From a virus: DNA of 64,000 nucleotides. The DNA lies in the IMG/VR virus record IMGVR_UViG_3300011115_000708, positions 1-64,000 of that record. One strand, given 5' to 3'. Under the pieces are notes generated by a model, which saw only the letters and a program-made list of their open reading frames with translations, made no database searches and was not told where the DNA came from. Of this stretch, positions 31,426-40,546 are shown piece after piece. Every line of letters starts with the position of its first letter. The first letter of the stretch is position 1. Position numbers and translations under genes: made by a program.

Positions 31426-31580
31426 TTGGCAGCAAATGCAGACAGAAGTGAAATTGCACTCGCATTTGTTGCCAAATACTTACAAACTACAGCGTCCAGC
31501 AGTCAGAGATGGTGTCTGGGGAGAACCCAGAACGGGTATTTCTCGTGCGATTCCTTGTGAAATACTGACTGCTGGACGCT
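31426..31580 (+). ncRNA. Structured intergenic element (hairpin plus three-way junction)
   Basis: TTGGCAGCAAATGC/GCATTTGTTGCCAA; AGCGTCCAGCAGTCA/TGACTGCTGGACGCT enclosing TCTGGG/CCCAGA and GTATTTC/GAAATAC stems. Confidence 0.55.
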
Positions 31581-31595
31581 CTTCTTTACAAAAAG

Positions 31596-31913
31596 ATGAG
31601 AAAAATCGAATTCGCCATTCAAATTACGAATTGGCTCGCAAGACAGGACGACTTCAGTCCAATCCACGCACTCTGTTTGATGTGCGTTTCAGACGGTAGA
31701 ACCACAGTTGCTCGCATCCTCGGCAGAATAAGCGGAGTTAATGAGGTTGACATGAGAGATGCCGTTATTGACCTCCACAAATCTGGCTACATCGAATGTG
31801 ATCACGGCAAGAAGAATCACATTGGATCTCCCAAGTGTGAATGCTGGCTCTCGACTCGGGGAGCAATTGTGATTTCAAAAATCCTTAACCCAGCAAAAAA
31901 AGATGCAGCTTAG
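31596..31913 (+). CDS. Winged-helix-like protein
   Basis: ...AVIDLHKSGYIE...WLSTRG pattern. Confidence 0.5.
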   Translation: MRKIEFAIQITNWLARQDDFSPIHALCLMCVSDGRTTVARILGRISGVNEVDMRDAVIDLHKSGYIECDHGKKNHIGSPKCECWLSTRGAIVISKILNPAKKDAA

Positions 31914-33573
31914 ACCACGGCAAGTAACATTCGTTGACCGCTGCCATGCCGCACTGGAATCCAAGGGGAACACCATCGGTGTGGCCACGGTTGGATTCGG
32001 CAAGACGATTGCGTTGTCTGCGCTCGCAGCCAAGTACAAAACTGGGGTGATCCTCCAGCACCGAATCGAACTGCTTGAGCAGAATCGTGACAAGTTCAAG
32101 CGGGTGGCCCCAGGAATGAAGGTGGCCACCTTTGCCGCAGACCACAAACGGTGGGCCGAGGACGGCCATACGTTTGCCATGATGCAGTCGCTTGTGGGAA
32201 ACCTAGATATGATGAAGCCAGTGGACATCGTCGTCATCGACGAGTCACACCATGCCGAATCCAGTTCGTACAAGAAGATCGTGTCTGAGTGCAAGAACCT
32301 CAACCCAGACGTGAAGATCCTGGGAGTGACGGCTACGCCTGAGCGCGGTGACGGCAAGGGGCTGAAGTCCATCTTCTCCAATGTCGCAGACATCGTCACA
32401 CTCCAAGAGATGATTGACTCACGCTTCCTAGTGAAGCCGCGCACCTACATCATCGACATGGGTGTGAAGGACAAGCTGGGGGATTTGAAGAAGGGCAGCG
32501 CTGAATTTAACATGGATGCTGCCGCCACTCTCATGGATGTGGAACCAGTCACCACTGAGGTGATAAAGAACTGGATGACACTGGCACAGGATCGTCGGAC
32601 GATTGGCTTCGCCACCACAGTGGCTCACTCGATCAAGATGACCGAGGCATTCGTACAGGCTGGTGTGAGAGCAGAACACGTCGATGGGACTACGCCATCC
32701 AGAGAGCGCAAAGCAATCTGGAAGCGTCTGCGGACAGGTGAGACTCGCGTTGTCTGGAACTGCGCCGTGGCAACCGAGGGATTCGACGAACCAGGAATCG
32801 GCTGCGTCATCCTCAATCGGCCATCAATGCACCGATCCACGATGATCCAGATGATCGGTCGCGGTCTGCGTACCATTTCTGAGCCACAAAACTACCCTGG
32901 ACTCATCAAAGACGACTGCATCATACTGGACTTTGGTGCTTCGCTTCTCACTCATGGAAGCCTAGAAGCCAATACCAGCATTGAGGAGAATGTCTTCAAG
33001 GATGGCGAGGCTCCAACGAAGGAATGCCCAGAGTGCAATTCCGAGATTCCATCTGGATGCAAAACCTGCCCGATCTGTGAGTACGAGTTTCAGACAGGGC
33101 CGAAATCCGAGAAGGAACAGTACGGAAATTTTGAGATGACCGAGGTGGATCTTCTCAAGCTGTCGCCGTATAGATGGGAGGAAATCTTCACAAACCAAGT
33201 CATTGTTGCAGAAGCAATGACAGCAAGCGCGATTCTCGTTAATTTTCGAGGCACATGGATGGCCTACGGCTTTCGTCTCGACGGTGATCGCAAGACAATG
33301 AAGCTCATCACTGTGAGCCATGAGCGCTTAAACGCGCTGTCGATGGCAGACGACTTCCTCCGCGAGTTCGGTGACGCTACAGCAGCCAAGAAATCAAAGC
33401 GGTGGCTAAATGAGCAGTTATCTGACAAGCAAGCTGCAGTTCTTGGGATAGTAGCCGATCCAACAAAATCAGTGTTTGCCCTAAAGATGAATCGTTATGA
33501 GGCATGCTGTAGAATCACTTGGAAGTTTAATGAGGAAAAAATAAAGAGAAGTATTATGGCGATAAATTCTTGA
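31903..33573 (+). CDS. SF2 DEAD/DEAH helicase with zinc ribbon
   Basis: LRPRQ, TVGFGKT, IDESHH, TATPER, TEGFD, QMIGRGLR, CPEC..CPIC. Confidence 0.92.
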   Translation: MQLRPRQVTFVDRCHAALESKGNTIGVATVGFGKTIALSALAAKYKTGVILQHRIELLEQNRDKFKRVAPGMKVATFAADHKRWAEDGHTFAMMQSLVGNLDMMKPVDIVVIDESHHAESSSYKKIVSECKNLNPDVKILGVTATPERGDGKGLKSIFSNVADIVTLQEMIDSRFLVKPRTYIIDMGVKDKLGDLKKGSAEFNMDAAATLMDVEPVTTEVIKNWMTLAQDRRTIGFATTVAHSIKMTEAFVQAGVRAEHVDGTTPSRERKAIWKRLRTGETRVVWNCAVATEGFDEPGIGCVILNRPSMHRSTMIQMIGRGLRTISEPQNYPGLIKDDCIILDFGASLLTHGSLEANTSIEENVFKDGEAPTKECPECNSEIPSGCKTCPICEYEFQTGPKSEKEQYGNFEMTEVDLLKLSPYRWEEIFTNQVIVAEAMTASAILVNFRGTWMAYGFRLDGDRKTMKLITVSHERLNALSMADDFLREFGDATAAKKSKRWLNEQLSDKQAAVLGIVADPTKSVFALKMNRYEACCRITWKFNEEKIKRSIMAINS

Positions 33574-33607
33574 CTTTAATTCTAGGAAAAAATAGAACCT
33601 CCGAGAC

Positions 33608-33943
33608 ATGAAATTATTCAAGCCGAAAAGCCAAGACATGGGCGAAATTCATCTTGCTATTGCCAAGGAAATCTTGTCCCTAATCGACCCGCCAATCTCA
33701 ATTGCATTGGTATTGAAGAACAGGCCGAGCCACTACATCTCCTCATGGAGAAATGTGCTCTTCCACGTCTTTAACAAGAACATGGGAGTCAACCAGTCAT
33801 CAATCGCCATGTGGTTCAAGGTGACAGAACGCACGGTGTGCAGGGGAATCAATCTCACAAAAGAAGTGCTCTCAAAAGAATCAGATGAGGCACAGCAACT
33901 GAAAGAAATCATCAAAAAATCAATCGAGAAAACAACAAAATGA
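33608..33943 (+). CDS. HTH protein (DnaA C-terminal-like)
   Basis: R..LFHV......QSSIAMWFKVTERTVCRGI. Confidence 0.5.
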   Translation: MKLFKPKSQDMGEIHLAIAKEILSLIDPPISIALVLKNRPSHYISSWRNVLFHVFNKNMGVNQSSIAMWFKVTERTVCRGINLTKEVLSKESDEAQQLKEIIKKSIEKTTK

Positions 33944-34689
33944 TCCAGGAACAAATCGACAAAGCAATGATCGCCAAGCAGATGGCGCAAGAAAAAAGAA
34001 CCTACCTTGGAGCCTCGCGTTGGGGTGAAGAGTGCATGAGAAGGTTGGCTTACGAGTATCACCACACTCCCGCAGACGGAGAGGAAGACTTCCCAGGCAA
34101 GATCCTGCGAATCTTCGACATGGGACATGATGGTGAGACTCGCATGACCGAGTACATGCGTCTGGCTGGATTCGATCTTATCACCGAGAAGGCGAACGGC
34201 GGACAGATGGGATTCTACGCCATGGACGGCAAGCTAAAAGGACATTGCGATGGGGTTATTACAGGAGGCCCAGTGGATCTGCCGTATCCGCTAATCTGGG
34301 AGCACAAGGCGCTCAACGACAAAAGCTGGGCAGACACGAAAAAGAAGGGCGTGAAGGAAAGCAAGCCAGTTTACTGGAGCCAGATCCAAACCTACTGCGC
34401 CTACCTCGATATTCCCAATGGCGGTCTGTTCACGGCCATCAACCGCAACACAGGGGAAATCTACTCAGAGCACGTCGAATTTGACCCAGTTGCGGCACAG
34501 GCGCTTTCAGACAAGGCAATTAGGATCGTACAGACACGAATCCCAGAAGAGATGCCAAAGATGAGCAATGATCCGTGCTTCTTCAAATGCGGTTGGTGCT
34601 CATTTAGAAAGCGTTGCCACAACATCAAGGAGATGACCATCTCAACTCCAGCCGCAGCAGCTAAAGAATTTCCATCCTGGCTCAAATGA
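33940..34689 (+). CDS. Cas4-like PD-(D/E)xK exonuclease
   Basis: YLGASRWGEECMR, GHCDG, WEHKA, QIQTY, C..C...KRC iron-sulfur ligands. Confidence 0.85.
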   Translation: MIQEQIDKAMIAKQMAQEKRTYLGASRWGEECMRRLAYEYHHTPADGEEDFPGKILRIFDMGHDGETRMTEYMRLAGFDLITEKANGGQMGFYAMDGKLKGHCDGVITGGPVDLPYPLIWEHKALNDKSWADTKKKGVKESKPVYWSQIQTYCAYLDIPNGGLFTAINRNTGEIYSEHVEFDPVAAQALSDKAIRIVQTRIPEEMPKMSNDPCFFKCGWCSFRKRCHNIKEMTISTPAAAAKEFPSWLK

Positions 34690-36965
34690 TCAACCAAGAG
34701 GACATCACCACTTACTTGTCCTGCCTATTTGCCAATCATGTCTGGGACAAGGACGAGTTCCTTATTACCAGAGGAGTTGGCGAGAAAGGTACGAGACAAG
34801 AGGGAATTTACGCTGAAGACCAGCATTTCCAGCCAGCCTTATTCTCGATCACAGACGCGTTGTTCTCCAGCGCCGAGCGGTATCGGGATCACTTAGTCGG
34901 CATGTTTGTCATCCCTGCAATCTTGAACGATTCAAGGGCCAAGGAGGAAAATGTGAAGCTGCTTCCAGCACTCATCCTTGATCTGGATGATGTGCCAGCA
35001 CAGCAGGCGATTGAGTGGCTTGAGGAAGAAATTGGATCGCCGTCGATGGTGGTGGCAAGCGGAGGCAATAATCAGTACGGCCCAAAGCTCCACGCCTACT
35101 ACGTCTTTGACGAGCCGCTTCCACCAGCGAACGTACTGCCACTGGTGACCAACCTAGCATCCATGCTTGGAGCAGACCCGAGTTTTGCCAGAAGGACTCA
35201 ACCGATCCGAATCCCAGGAACGATCCACCAGAAGAATGGAGAAGCGAGCTCAGTCAAGTTGTTGTCATGGAGCTCAGACACGTTCTCAGAGGATGAACTG
35301 ATCGAGAAGATCAAGAAGGCCGACCCATCGCCATGGGCATCTTCCAAGACGATGATGCCGATTGTATCGGCTGGCGTATCGTTCTCATCCACGACATCAA
35401 CAGACAGCTCGGCCTTGCTAACCACTACCATCCGCGAGGGTGGAATGGATGGGATCACTCGATGGGATGCCTTCTCAAAGGTGGCTGGACACTACCTCAG
35501 GGTGTGCCGCGAAGGCGGCATAAGCGAAGCGGAAGCATTCGCTGCTGTCTGCGGATGGACACTGGCTCACATGAGCCCACCGTGGCCAGAGGATCGTATT
35601 AAGCAGGAGTTCCGCGCTCTTCTCACAAGGGAGGTTGGAATCCGTGGCCCAATGCCAGAGATGAAGGCGTACCAGCCAATCGTGTCGGCATCTCACAAAT
35701 CAGATGGACTTAAAGCCTGGGCCGCTCACCGATGGGTGACCGCACCAATTCCGCAACACACGTTCCTGGTGGATGCACTTGTCATCAAGGGCGAGCCACA
35801 CTTGTTTGTTGCCGAGGGCGGTGCTGGAAAGACATTCCTCATCGCAGACTTGGCTATGAAGATCGCAGCTTGGCAGGATGGTGACGACACCGACTGGTGC
35901 GGCCAGAAGATCAAGAGCGGTGGTACATCAGTGCTGATCCTATGCGAGGACTCGCAGACAGAGATGCATATTCGCCTGATGGAGTTGGACAAGACTGGCC
36001 TGATCCAGAAAGCTGGTGACAAGCTCATCGTGATGCCGATGACGGCAATCGGCGGATCATTCCCGCTCACCGAGCGGAATCCAAAGACTGGACTCTCCAC
36101 CACCAGCCAGCGCTGGAGCGAAATGCTTGGTCTGTTGAAACAGCTACCAGACATCGCGCTGGTTGCCATCGACACGCTCAATTCGATCACCCACGGCGAT
36201 GAGAACTCGGCAGTGATTATCTCCGAGATGATGCGTGAGGCACACCGTGTATGCGGCGAGCTTGGCGCTGCCCTTGTGATCAACCACCACCTTCGTAAGT
36301 CGAACGAGCCGATCAAGAGCCTAGAGGATCTGCGGGATTCAATCCGTGGATCTACTGCTATTCCATCCTACTTCCGAATCAATTTCGGGATGTTCAGAGC
36401 GAATGACTGGGAGCGCAGATGCAAGGCGCTCAACGTGAAGCCAAATAAGAATGCGATCTGGCGCATGGGAATCGCCAAGTGTAACATCATGGGTCTAATT
36501 GAAGATGAGCGCACCTTGGTGCGAGTCAATGGCGGCGTAGTGGACATGACCAAGCAAGATCCATTCTCCAAGGCAGACACTGGAGAGCGAGTTTCCTGGC
36601 TCGTCTTAGCATCACAGATTGCGGCCCAGGATGGATATCCATTCAGCATGGGCGGCAAGGGGGCATCCAACGGCTACTATGTCAGACGGAACCAGCTTCC
36701 AGAGATGCTAGTGAAGCTAGGGCCAATCGAGATTGGCAAGATATTCGATGCGGCCATGGCTGGAAAGCAGCTCGTATTCGCAACTGCAAAAGGTGGAGCG
36801 TCTGCGAAATGGATCGATGTCCCCAGCGGCCCATACGCCAAGAATGACTCTGGTGAGGAGCTTGCCAAGGGTTCTTGGAAGTTCCCAGACTGGAACGAGT
36901 GGGTTTACGATCCATCTCAAGGAATCTGCGTGAAGAAAAAGAAAAATAACGAGATGACTTTGTGA
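34686..36965 (+). CDS. Primase-helicase (RepB-like primase plus AAA_25/RepA helicase)
   Basis: LDLD, PSMVVASGG, LHAYY, PIRIPGT; AEGGAGKT, IDTLN, NHHLRK, IRGS. Confidence 0.85.
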   Translation: MINQEDITTYLSCLFANHVWDKDEFLITRGVGEKGTRQEGIYAEDQHFQPALFSITDALFSSAERYRDHLVGMFVIPAILNDSRAKEENVKLLPALILDLDDVPAQQAIEWLEEEIGSPSMVVASGGNNQYGPKLHAYYVFDEPLPPANVLPLVTNLASMLGADPSFARRTQPIRIPGTIHQKNGEASSVKLLSWSSDTFSEDELIEKIKKADPSPWASSKTMMPIVSAGVSFSSTTSTDSSALLTTTIREGGMDGITRWDAFSKVAGHYLRVCREGGISEAEAFAAVCGWTLAHMSPPWPEDRIKQEFRALLTREVGIRGPMPEMKAYQPIVSASHKSDGLKAWAAHRWVTAPIPQHTFLVDALVIKGEPHLFVAEGGAGKTFLIADLAMKIAAWQDGDDTDWCGQKIKSGGTSVLILCEDSQTEMHIRLMELDKTGLIQKAGDKLIVMPMTAIGGSFPLTERNPKTGLSTTSQRWSEMLGLLKQLPDIALVAIDTLNSITHGDENSAVIISEMMREAHRVCGELGAALVINHHLRKSNEPIKSLEDLRDSIRGSTAIPSYFRINFGMFRANDWERRCKALNVKPNKNAIWRMGIAKCNIMGLIEDERTLVRVNGGVVDMTKQDPFSKADTGERVSWLVLASQIAAQDGYPFSMGGKGASNGYYVRRNQLPEMLVKLGPIEIGKIFDAAMAGKQLVFATAKGGASAKWIDVPSGPYAKNDSGEELAKGSWKFPDWNEWVYDPSQGICVKKKKNNEMTL

Positions 36966-37007
36966 AAAACGATTGACAGATAACTATGAAAAGCTCTCGA
37001 TAGGCAT

Positions 37008-37202
37008 ATGGAACGTAGCGAATATAAAGGGCGCAAGTTTTTTGTTGCCTATCGAGAACAAGACCGATCTTTTCGGGTTGACACTCCAGATGGATATTTC
37101 ATCTTCGACAAGAAAACCACACCAAGAAGCGCACAGCTTCAAGCCGATTACCTGAAACAAAAATATGAGCGATCCACACAGCGCAGGGAAGGGGACGAAT
37201 AG
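37008..37202 (+). CDS. Hypothetical protein
   Basis: 64-aa ORF in a co-oriented small-gene cluster. Confidence 0.4.
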   Translation: MERSEYKGRKFFVAYREQDRSFRVDTPDGYFIFDKKTTPRSAQLQADYLKQKYERSTQRREGDE

Positions 37203-37359
37203 ACGAGCCTATAGCTCTCAAGCATGGCATGACAACTTTGACAAGATTGACTTCTCAAAGAAGCCATTCATGGATGAGGTGAAGAAGGTCTGCAATACGG
37301 TTGGAAACTGTCAGTGTGCAGATACAGGAAACGAGATGACCCTTGATGAGATTAAGTGA
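37165..37359 (+). CDS. Small conserved phage protein
   Basis: AGKG..RR......W..NFDKI motif. Confidence 0.55.
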   Translation: MSDPHSAGKGTNRRAYSSQAWHDNFDKIDFSKKPFMDEVKKVCNTVGNCQCADTGNEMTLDEIK

Positions 37360-37491
37360 TGAAAGTAAAACAACAGACAACATGAAAGAAATACTAACAT
37401 ACGCAGGAATATGGGTCGTTGCATCAATCGTGACGATGGTCTTCTGGAATAAATTCGTGGATCATGATGACGAAGATAACTGGCCCAAAAT

Positions 37492-38136
37492 ATGAAAAAC
37501 AATGATCCAAAGGGTGCAATTGGCGACACCAAATCACCGCTAGGGCTAATTCCATCCTGCGCGATGGAACAGACAGCGTGGGTACATAAACTTGGAGCCA
37601 AGAAATACGGCCCATACAACTGGCGCAAGACTGGTGTCTGCGCTACTACCTATGTCAATGCCATCATGCGGCATCTCAATGCCTGGAAGGACGGCGAAAC
37701 ACTAGATCCAGAGAGTGGTTTCTCCCACCTGGCTCACATTGCCGCATCCTGCAATATCTTGATGGACGCAGACCACTGTGGAACTCTTGACGATGACCGA
37801 GACATTACCCCAGACAATCAGGTAGCATTCGATGATTTAACTCCTGTGAAGTCGTTGCCAGACGAGATGTACGACTTCATGAAAGAAGGTGATCGTGTCT
37901 GTGAAGGTGATGAAGGGTATTCTGATACTGGAGACTATTGGTTTGTCACCGCCTTCAAGACTAAGGACAACTACCGAGTTCCGAAAGGAAGAAAGTACCG
38001 CCGTATAAAGAATGGTGGATTAGAGAAAGAAAGCGTGTCTGCAGATGAATGCAAATGCGGTAGAATCAAGATCAAGCATTTCCTTTTAGGAGTAATCTGC
38101 GAAGACTGCGAAGTAAAATGGCAAGACCCATACTAA
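37492..38136 (+). CDS. dATP/dGTP diphosphohydrolase-domain protein (DUF5664-like)
   Basis: DPKGAIG..K.PLGLIP, LGAKKYGPYNWR, RHLNAW.DGE.LDPESG.SHLAH. Confidence 0.8.
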   Translation: MKNNDPKGAIGDTKSPLGLIPSCAMEQTAWVHKLGAKKYGPYNWRKTGVCATTYVNAIMRHLNAWKDGETLDPESGFSHLAHIAASCNILMDADHCGTLDDDRDITPDNQVAFDDLTPVKSLPDEMYDFMKEGDRVCEGDEGYSDTGDYWFVTAFKTKDNYRVPKGRKYRRIKNGGLEKESVSADECKCGRIKIKHFLLGVICEDCEVKWQDPY

Positions 38137-38294
38137 TGAAACACCCATGCTCACTTTGCGGATCAACGAATTGGCCCGATCCAGAATCACTTTGTCCGTT
38201 ATGCGATGGGCCTGCCGAACCTGGCCCAGATCCAGATGAGGACTGCCCAGACCACGACTCGCATGACGAAACTATTTATCAAGAAAATATATGA
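38136..38294 (+). CDS. Small Cys-rich acidic protein (not in ORF track)
   Basis: MKHPCSLCG...CPLCDG; start and stop overlap both neighbours. Confidence 0.45.
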   Translation: MKHPCSLCGSTNWPDPESLCPLCDGPAEPGPDPDEDCPDHDSHDETIYQENI

Positions 38295-38602
38295 GTGATA
38301 CACCAGAAACAGATAATCAATCATTCGTTGCAGAACATAACCTCGGTAAAGAACTATGCGTCGAGGCGTGGTTTTGTGAAATCATGGAACGCGAACGAGA
38401 TGCGTGGAAATTGAACTCTCAATCAAATCGTGATGAATATCATAGATTGATGATTGAAGTAGATGATCAGAATTTTCTAATTAAGAACATCATCAAATTA
38501 CTGGAAATACCGGAGAATCTATCTAAGGCAGAACATGGTGCTAAAATACATAGAACCATCAAAGAACTGCTTGAGATAAAAAAATACTGCAAAGTACCCT
38601 AA
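38291..38602 (+). CDS. MSDTPETD-family hypothetical protein
   Basis: MSDTPETD...ERERD. Confidence 0.6.
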   Translation: MSDTPETDNQSFVAEHNLGKELCVEAWFCEIMERERDAWKLNSQSNRDEYHRLMIEVDDQNFLIKNIIKLLEIPENLSKAEHGAKIHRTIKELLEIKKYCKVP

Positions 38603-38607
38603 CACAA

Positions 38608-38683
38608 CCAGCGATGGACTTGATCGAAGTCGCCTCGACCGATAAACGAGGAAACGCAGGTAGAGAATCCTGCTCGCTGACCA
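38608..38683 (+). ncRNA. tRNA-like cloverleaf (degenerate tRNA, possible GAT anticodon)
   Basis: 76 nt: CAGCGA/TCGCTG acceptor followed by ACCA, GACTT/AAGTC, CCTCG/CGAGG and GCAGG/CCTGC arms; loops non-canonical. Confidence 0.55.
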
Positions 38684-38717
38684 CTTTTATGAGAGAACAA
38701 AACAACGACGACGAACC

Positions 38718-39080
38718 ATGAACAATCCACCAATGACCGAACCCGAAGCGAGAACCGTGGCACTCCTTCGGATGCACTTTGGCTGCACTTTCGGAAAACT
38801 CGCTATGTGCTGCCAAGCATTATGGGATGCTAACCGCTGTGAGGAAATTACTGGATACCGATATGGCTCCCCAATGGGGCAAGCTATGGTAATCGCAATG
38901 GAAGATCACTTCCAGCTAGAACGCTGCGAGTCTGACAACATGAGCATGGGCGAGCAACGATGCGCAACTTGCGGACTGTCTCAGGTGGCAATTAGCCGAT
39001 CGCACGATACGCCCAAGCAATGCGGGTTCTGCGGAGAGTTTGCTTCGATGTGGAATTCTATCAATCCGAACGAACCATGA
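38718..39080 (+). CDS. Hypothetical protein with C-terminal zinc finger
   Basis: CATC...CGFC; flanked by a 14-bp direct repeat. Confidence 0.6.
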   Translation: MNNPPMTEPEARTVALLRMHFGCTFGKLAMCCQALWDANRCEEITGYRYGSPMGQAMVIAMEDHFQLERCESDNMSMGEQRCATCGLSQVAISRSHDTPKQCGFCGEFASMWNSINPNEP

Positions 39081-39403
39081 ACATTATCCTAAATAAAGAA
39101 CAGGAAGACAGCATTGTTATAAGCTATCAAGAAGCTATTACTGCTGCAATTAAAGCTGCAGTAGATAAAGAACTTAGCTCAATTAGGAATGATTGGAAAA
39201 TTCATGATCAAGTTCAACAATTTGTGCGAAAACAGTTTGGAGAAATGTTGAACTCAATTATTGCTGAAAAGCTAATAGAACGAGAGTTAGTTGAAGAACT
39301 GGTTAAAGAAAAACTAGCATCCTCAATTAAAAGTCGTCTTACCAAACAACTAAATGCTTTGTCAAAAGCAGAAATAGCAATTGAACACGAAGGAGATTTA
39401 TGA
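39077..39403 (+). CDS. Hypothetical helical protein (AT-rich)
   Basis: ATGA-coupled ORF. Confidence 0.55.
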   Translation: MNIILNKEQEDSIVISYQEAITAAIKAAVDKELSSIRNDWKIHDQVQQFVRKQFGEMLNSIIAEKLIERELVEELVKEKLASSIKSRLTKQLNALSKAEIAIEHEGDL

Positions 39404-39666
39404 ATAAAGAAAACGCACATTTATACCTACCGCTTGTGCAAGCACTGGCAGAAGGGAAAACGATTCAATTCAATCAAGGCGACGCATGGATAGACGCTGC
39501 AACTAATGCTGATTTCAAGTGGTTGGACAGTCCTGACAATTACCGCGTGAAGCCAGAACCGCGCACATGGAGTTTCTGGTTAGATAAAAAAGGAAATTTG
39601 TGGCATTACCACATAACTCCACTTGCTGATTGGAAACGCATCACCGTGCAGGAGGTGCTGGAATGA
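39400..39666 (+). CDS. Hypothetical conserved phage protein
   Basis: MNKENAHLYLPLVQALAEGKTIQ...YRVKPEPR. Confidence 0.6.
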   Translation: MNKENAHLYLPLVQALAEGKTIQFNQGDAWIDAATNADFKWLDSPDNYRVKPEPRTWSFWLDKKGNLWHYHITPLADWKRITVQEVLE

Positions 39667-39863
39667 GCGACACGCCAGAAACAGATGCGGCAGAAATCGT
39701 TCTTTCTCCATTAGAAGGCGATCAGTGGGTTCGAGCTGACGTTGCCCGTAGGCTAGAACGCGAGCGTAATATAGCTTTTGCTGACATCAATTTGCTTTGC
39801 GACAAAGTATTGGAATTGAATACACTGCTGCAAGCACATGGAATTATCGAACACGAAAACTAA
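39663..39863 (+). CDS. MSDTPETD-family hypothetical protein
   Basis: MSDTPETD...ARRLERERN. Confidence 0.6.
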   Translation: MSDTPETDAAEIVLSPLEGDQWVRADVARRLERERNIAFADINLLCDKVLELNTLLQAHGIIEHEN

Positions 39864-39864
39864 A

Positions 39865-40215
39865 ATGACTGACAAACAAATAAACCAACGGATCGCGGAA
39901 GCGTGTGGGTGGAAATTGAAATCAAATGGATTAAATCCCATGTGGTCTTGGCAAAATGAATCTCTAACTCACAGAATAAAGTGGGTAGCTAACAAAGAAA
40001 TGGCTTCTCAAGGAGTATTGCCAAACTATGTAAACGACCTAAACGCCATGCACGAAGTTCAGAAGGTGCTAACAAATACTCAATGGGGAGTTTATGTTAA
40101 TTACCTAACTGCTACCACAAAACATGATTACAGACGAGCGTGTGCTGAGGCATCCGCTCGCCAACGAGCAGAAGCCTTCCTAAGGACACTTGGAAGATGG
40201 GAGGAGGAAGTATGA
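39865..40215 (+). CDS. Phage ABA-sandwich-like protein
   Basis: INQRIAEACGW...PNYVNDLNAMHE...ARQRAEAFLRTLG. Confidence 0.6.
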   Translation: MTDKQINQRIAEACGWKLKSNGLNPMWSWQNESLTHRIKWVANKEMASQGVLPNYVNDLNAMHEVQKVLTNTQWGVYVNYLTATTKHDYRRACAEASARQRAEAFLRTLGRWEEEV

Positions 40216-40294
40216 ATGCGAAACATCACGCTTTCAGGAGAATCAATACTTTCAGCATTTGCTGAAATCGACAAAACTTACCAAACACAAAACG

Positions 40295-40546
40295 ATGGAA
40301 ATTGAACTACAAATCTGGAAATCAAAAGCAGAAGGTTATTTGCAAGACTACCTCGATGCTCTGAAGCGCATGGATAAGATCTCAGCCGATCGCGACCTCT
40401 GGAAAGCTGAAGCGACTCGCTGGCGCGATATGTATCTCCAGTACGACGAAATGCTGGAGGGACAAGTGCAAGAATCAGTGAACAAGATCAACAAGATCTG
40501 GGAAGATCTCAATGAGCTCAAAAAGAAAGTCGAGGACGAACTGTGA
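40295..40546 (+). CDS. Coiled-coil hypothetical protein
   Basis: ATG 40295 after an AC-rich leader. Confidence 0.5.
   Translation: MEIELQIWKSKAEGYLQDYLDALKRMDKISADRDLWKAEATRWRDMYLQYDEMLEGQVQESVNKINKIWEDLNELKKKVEDEL

Noticed and set aside
31491-31580. Three-way junction as a hammerhead ribozyme
   Set aside because: Lacks the CUGANGA and correctly placed GAAA core.
33940-34689. Cas4-like gene as part of a CRISPR system
   Set aside because: No array or other cas genes; it sits in a standard phage recombination/replication block.
37492-38136. Diphosphohydrolase as evidence of a 2-aminoadenine (Z) genome
   Set aside because: No PurZ or dedicated polymerase in the window, and the domain is widespread on its own.
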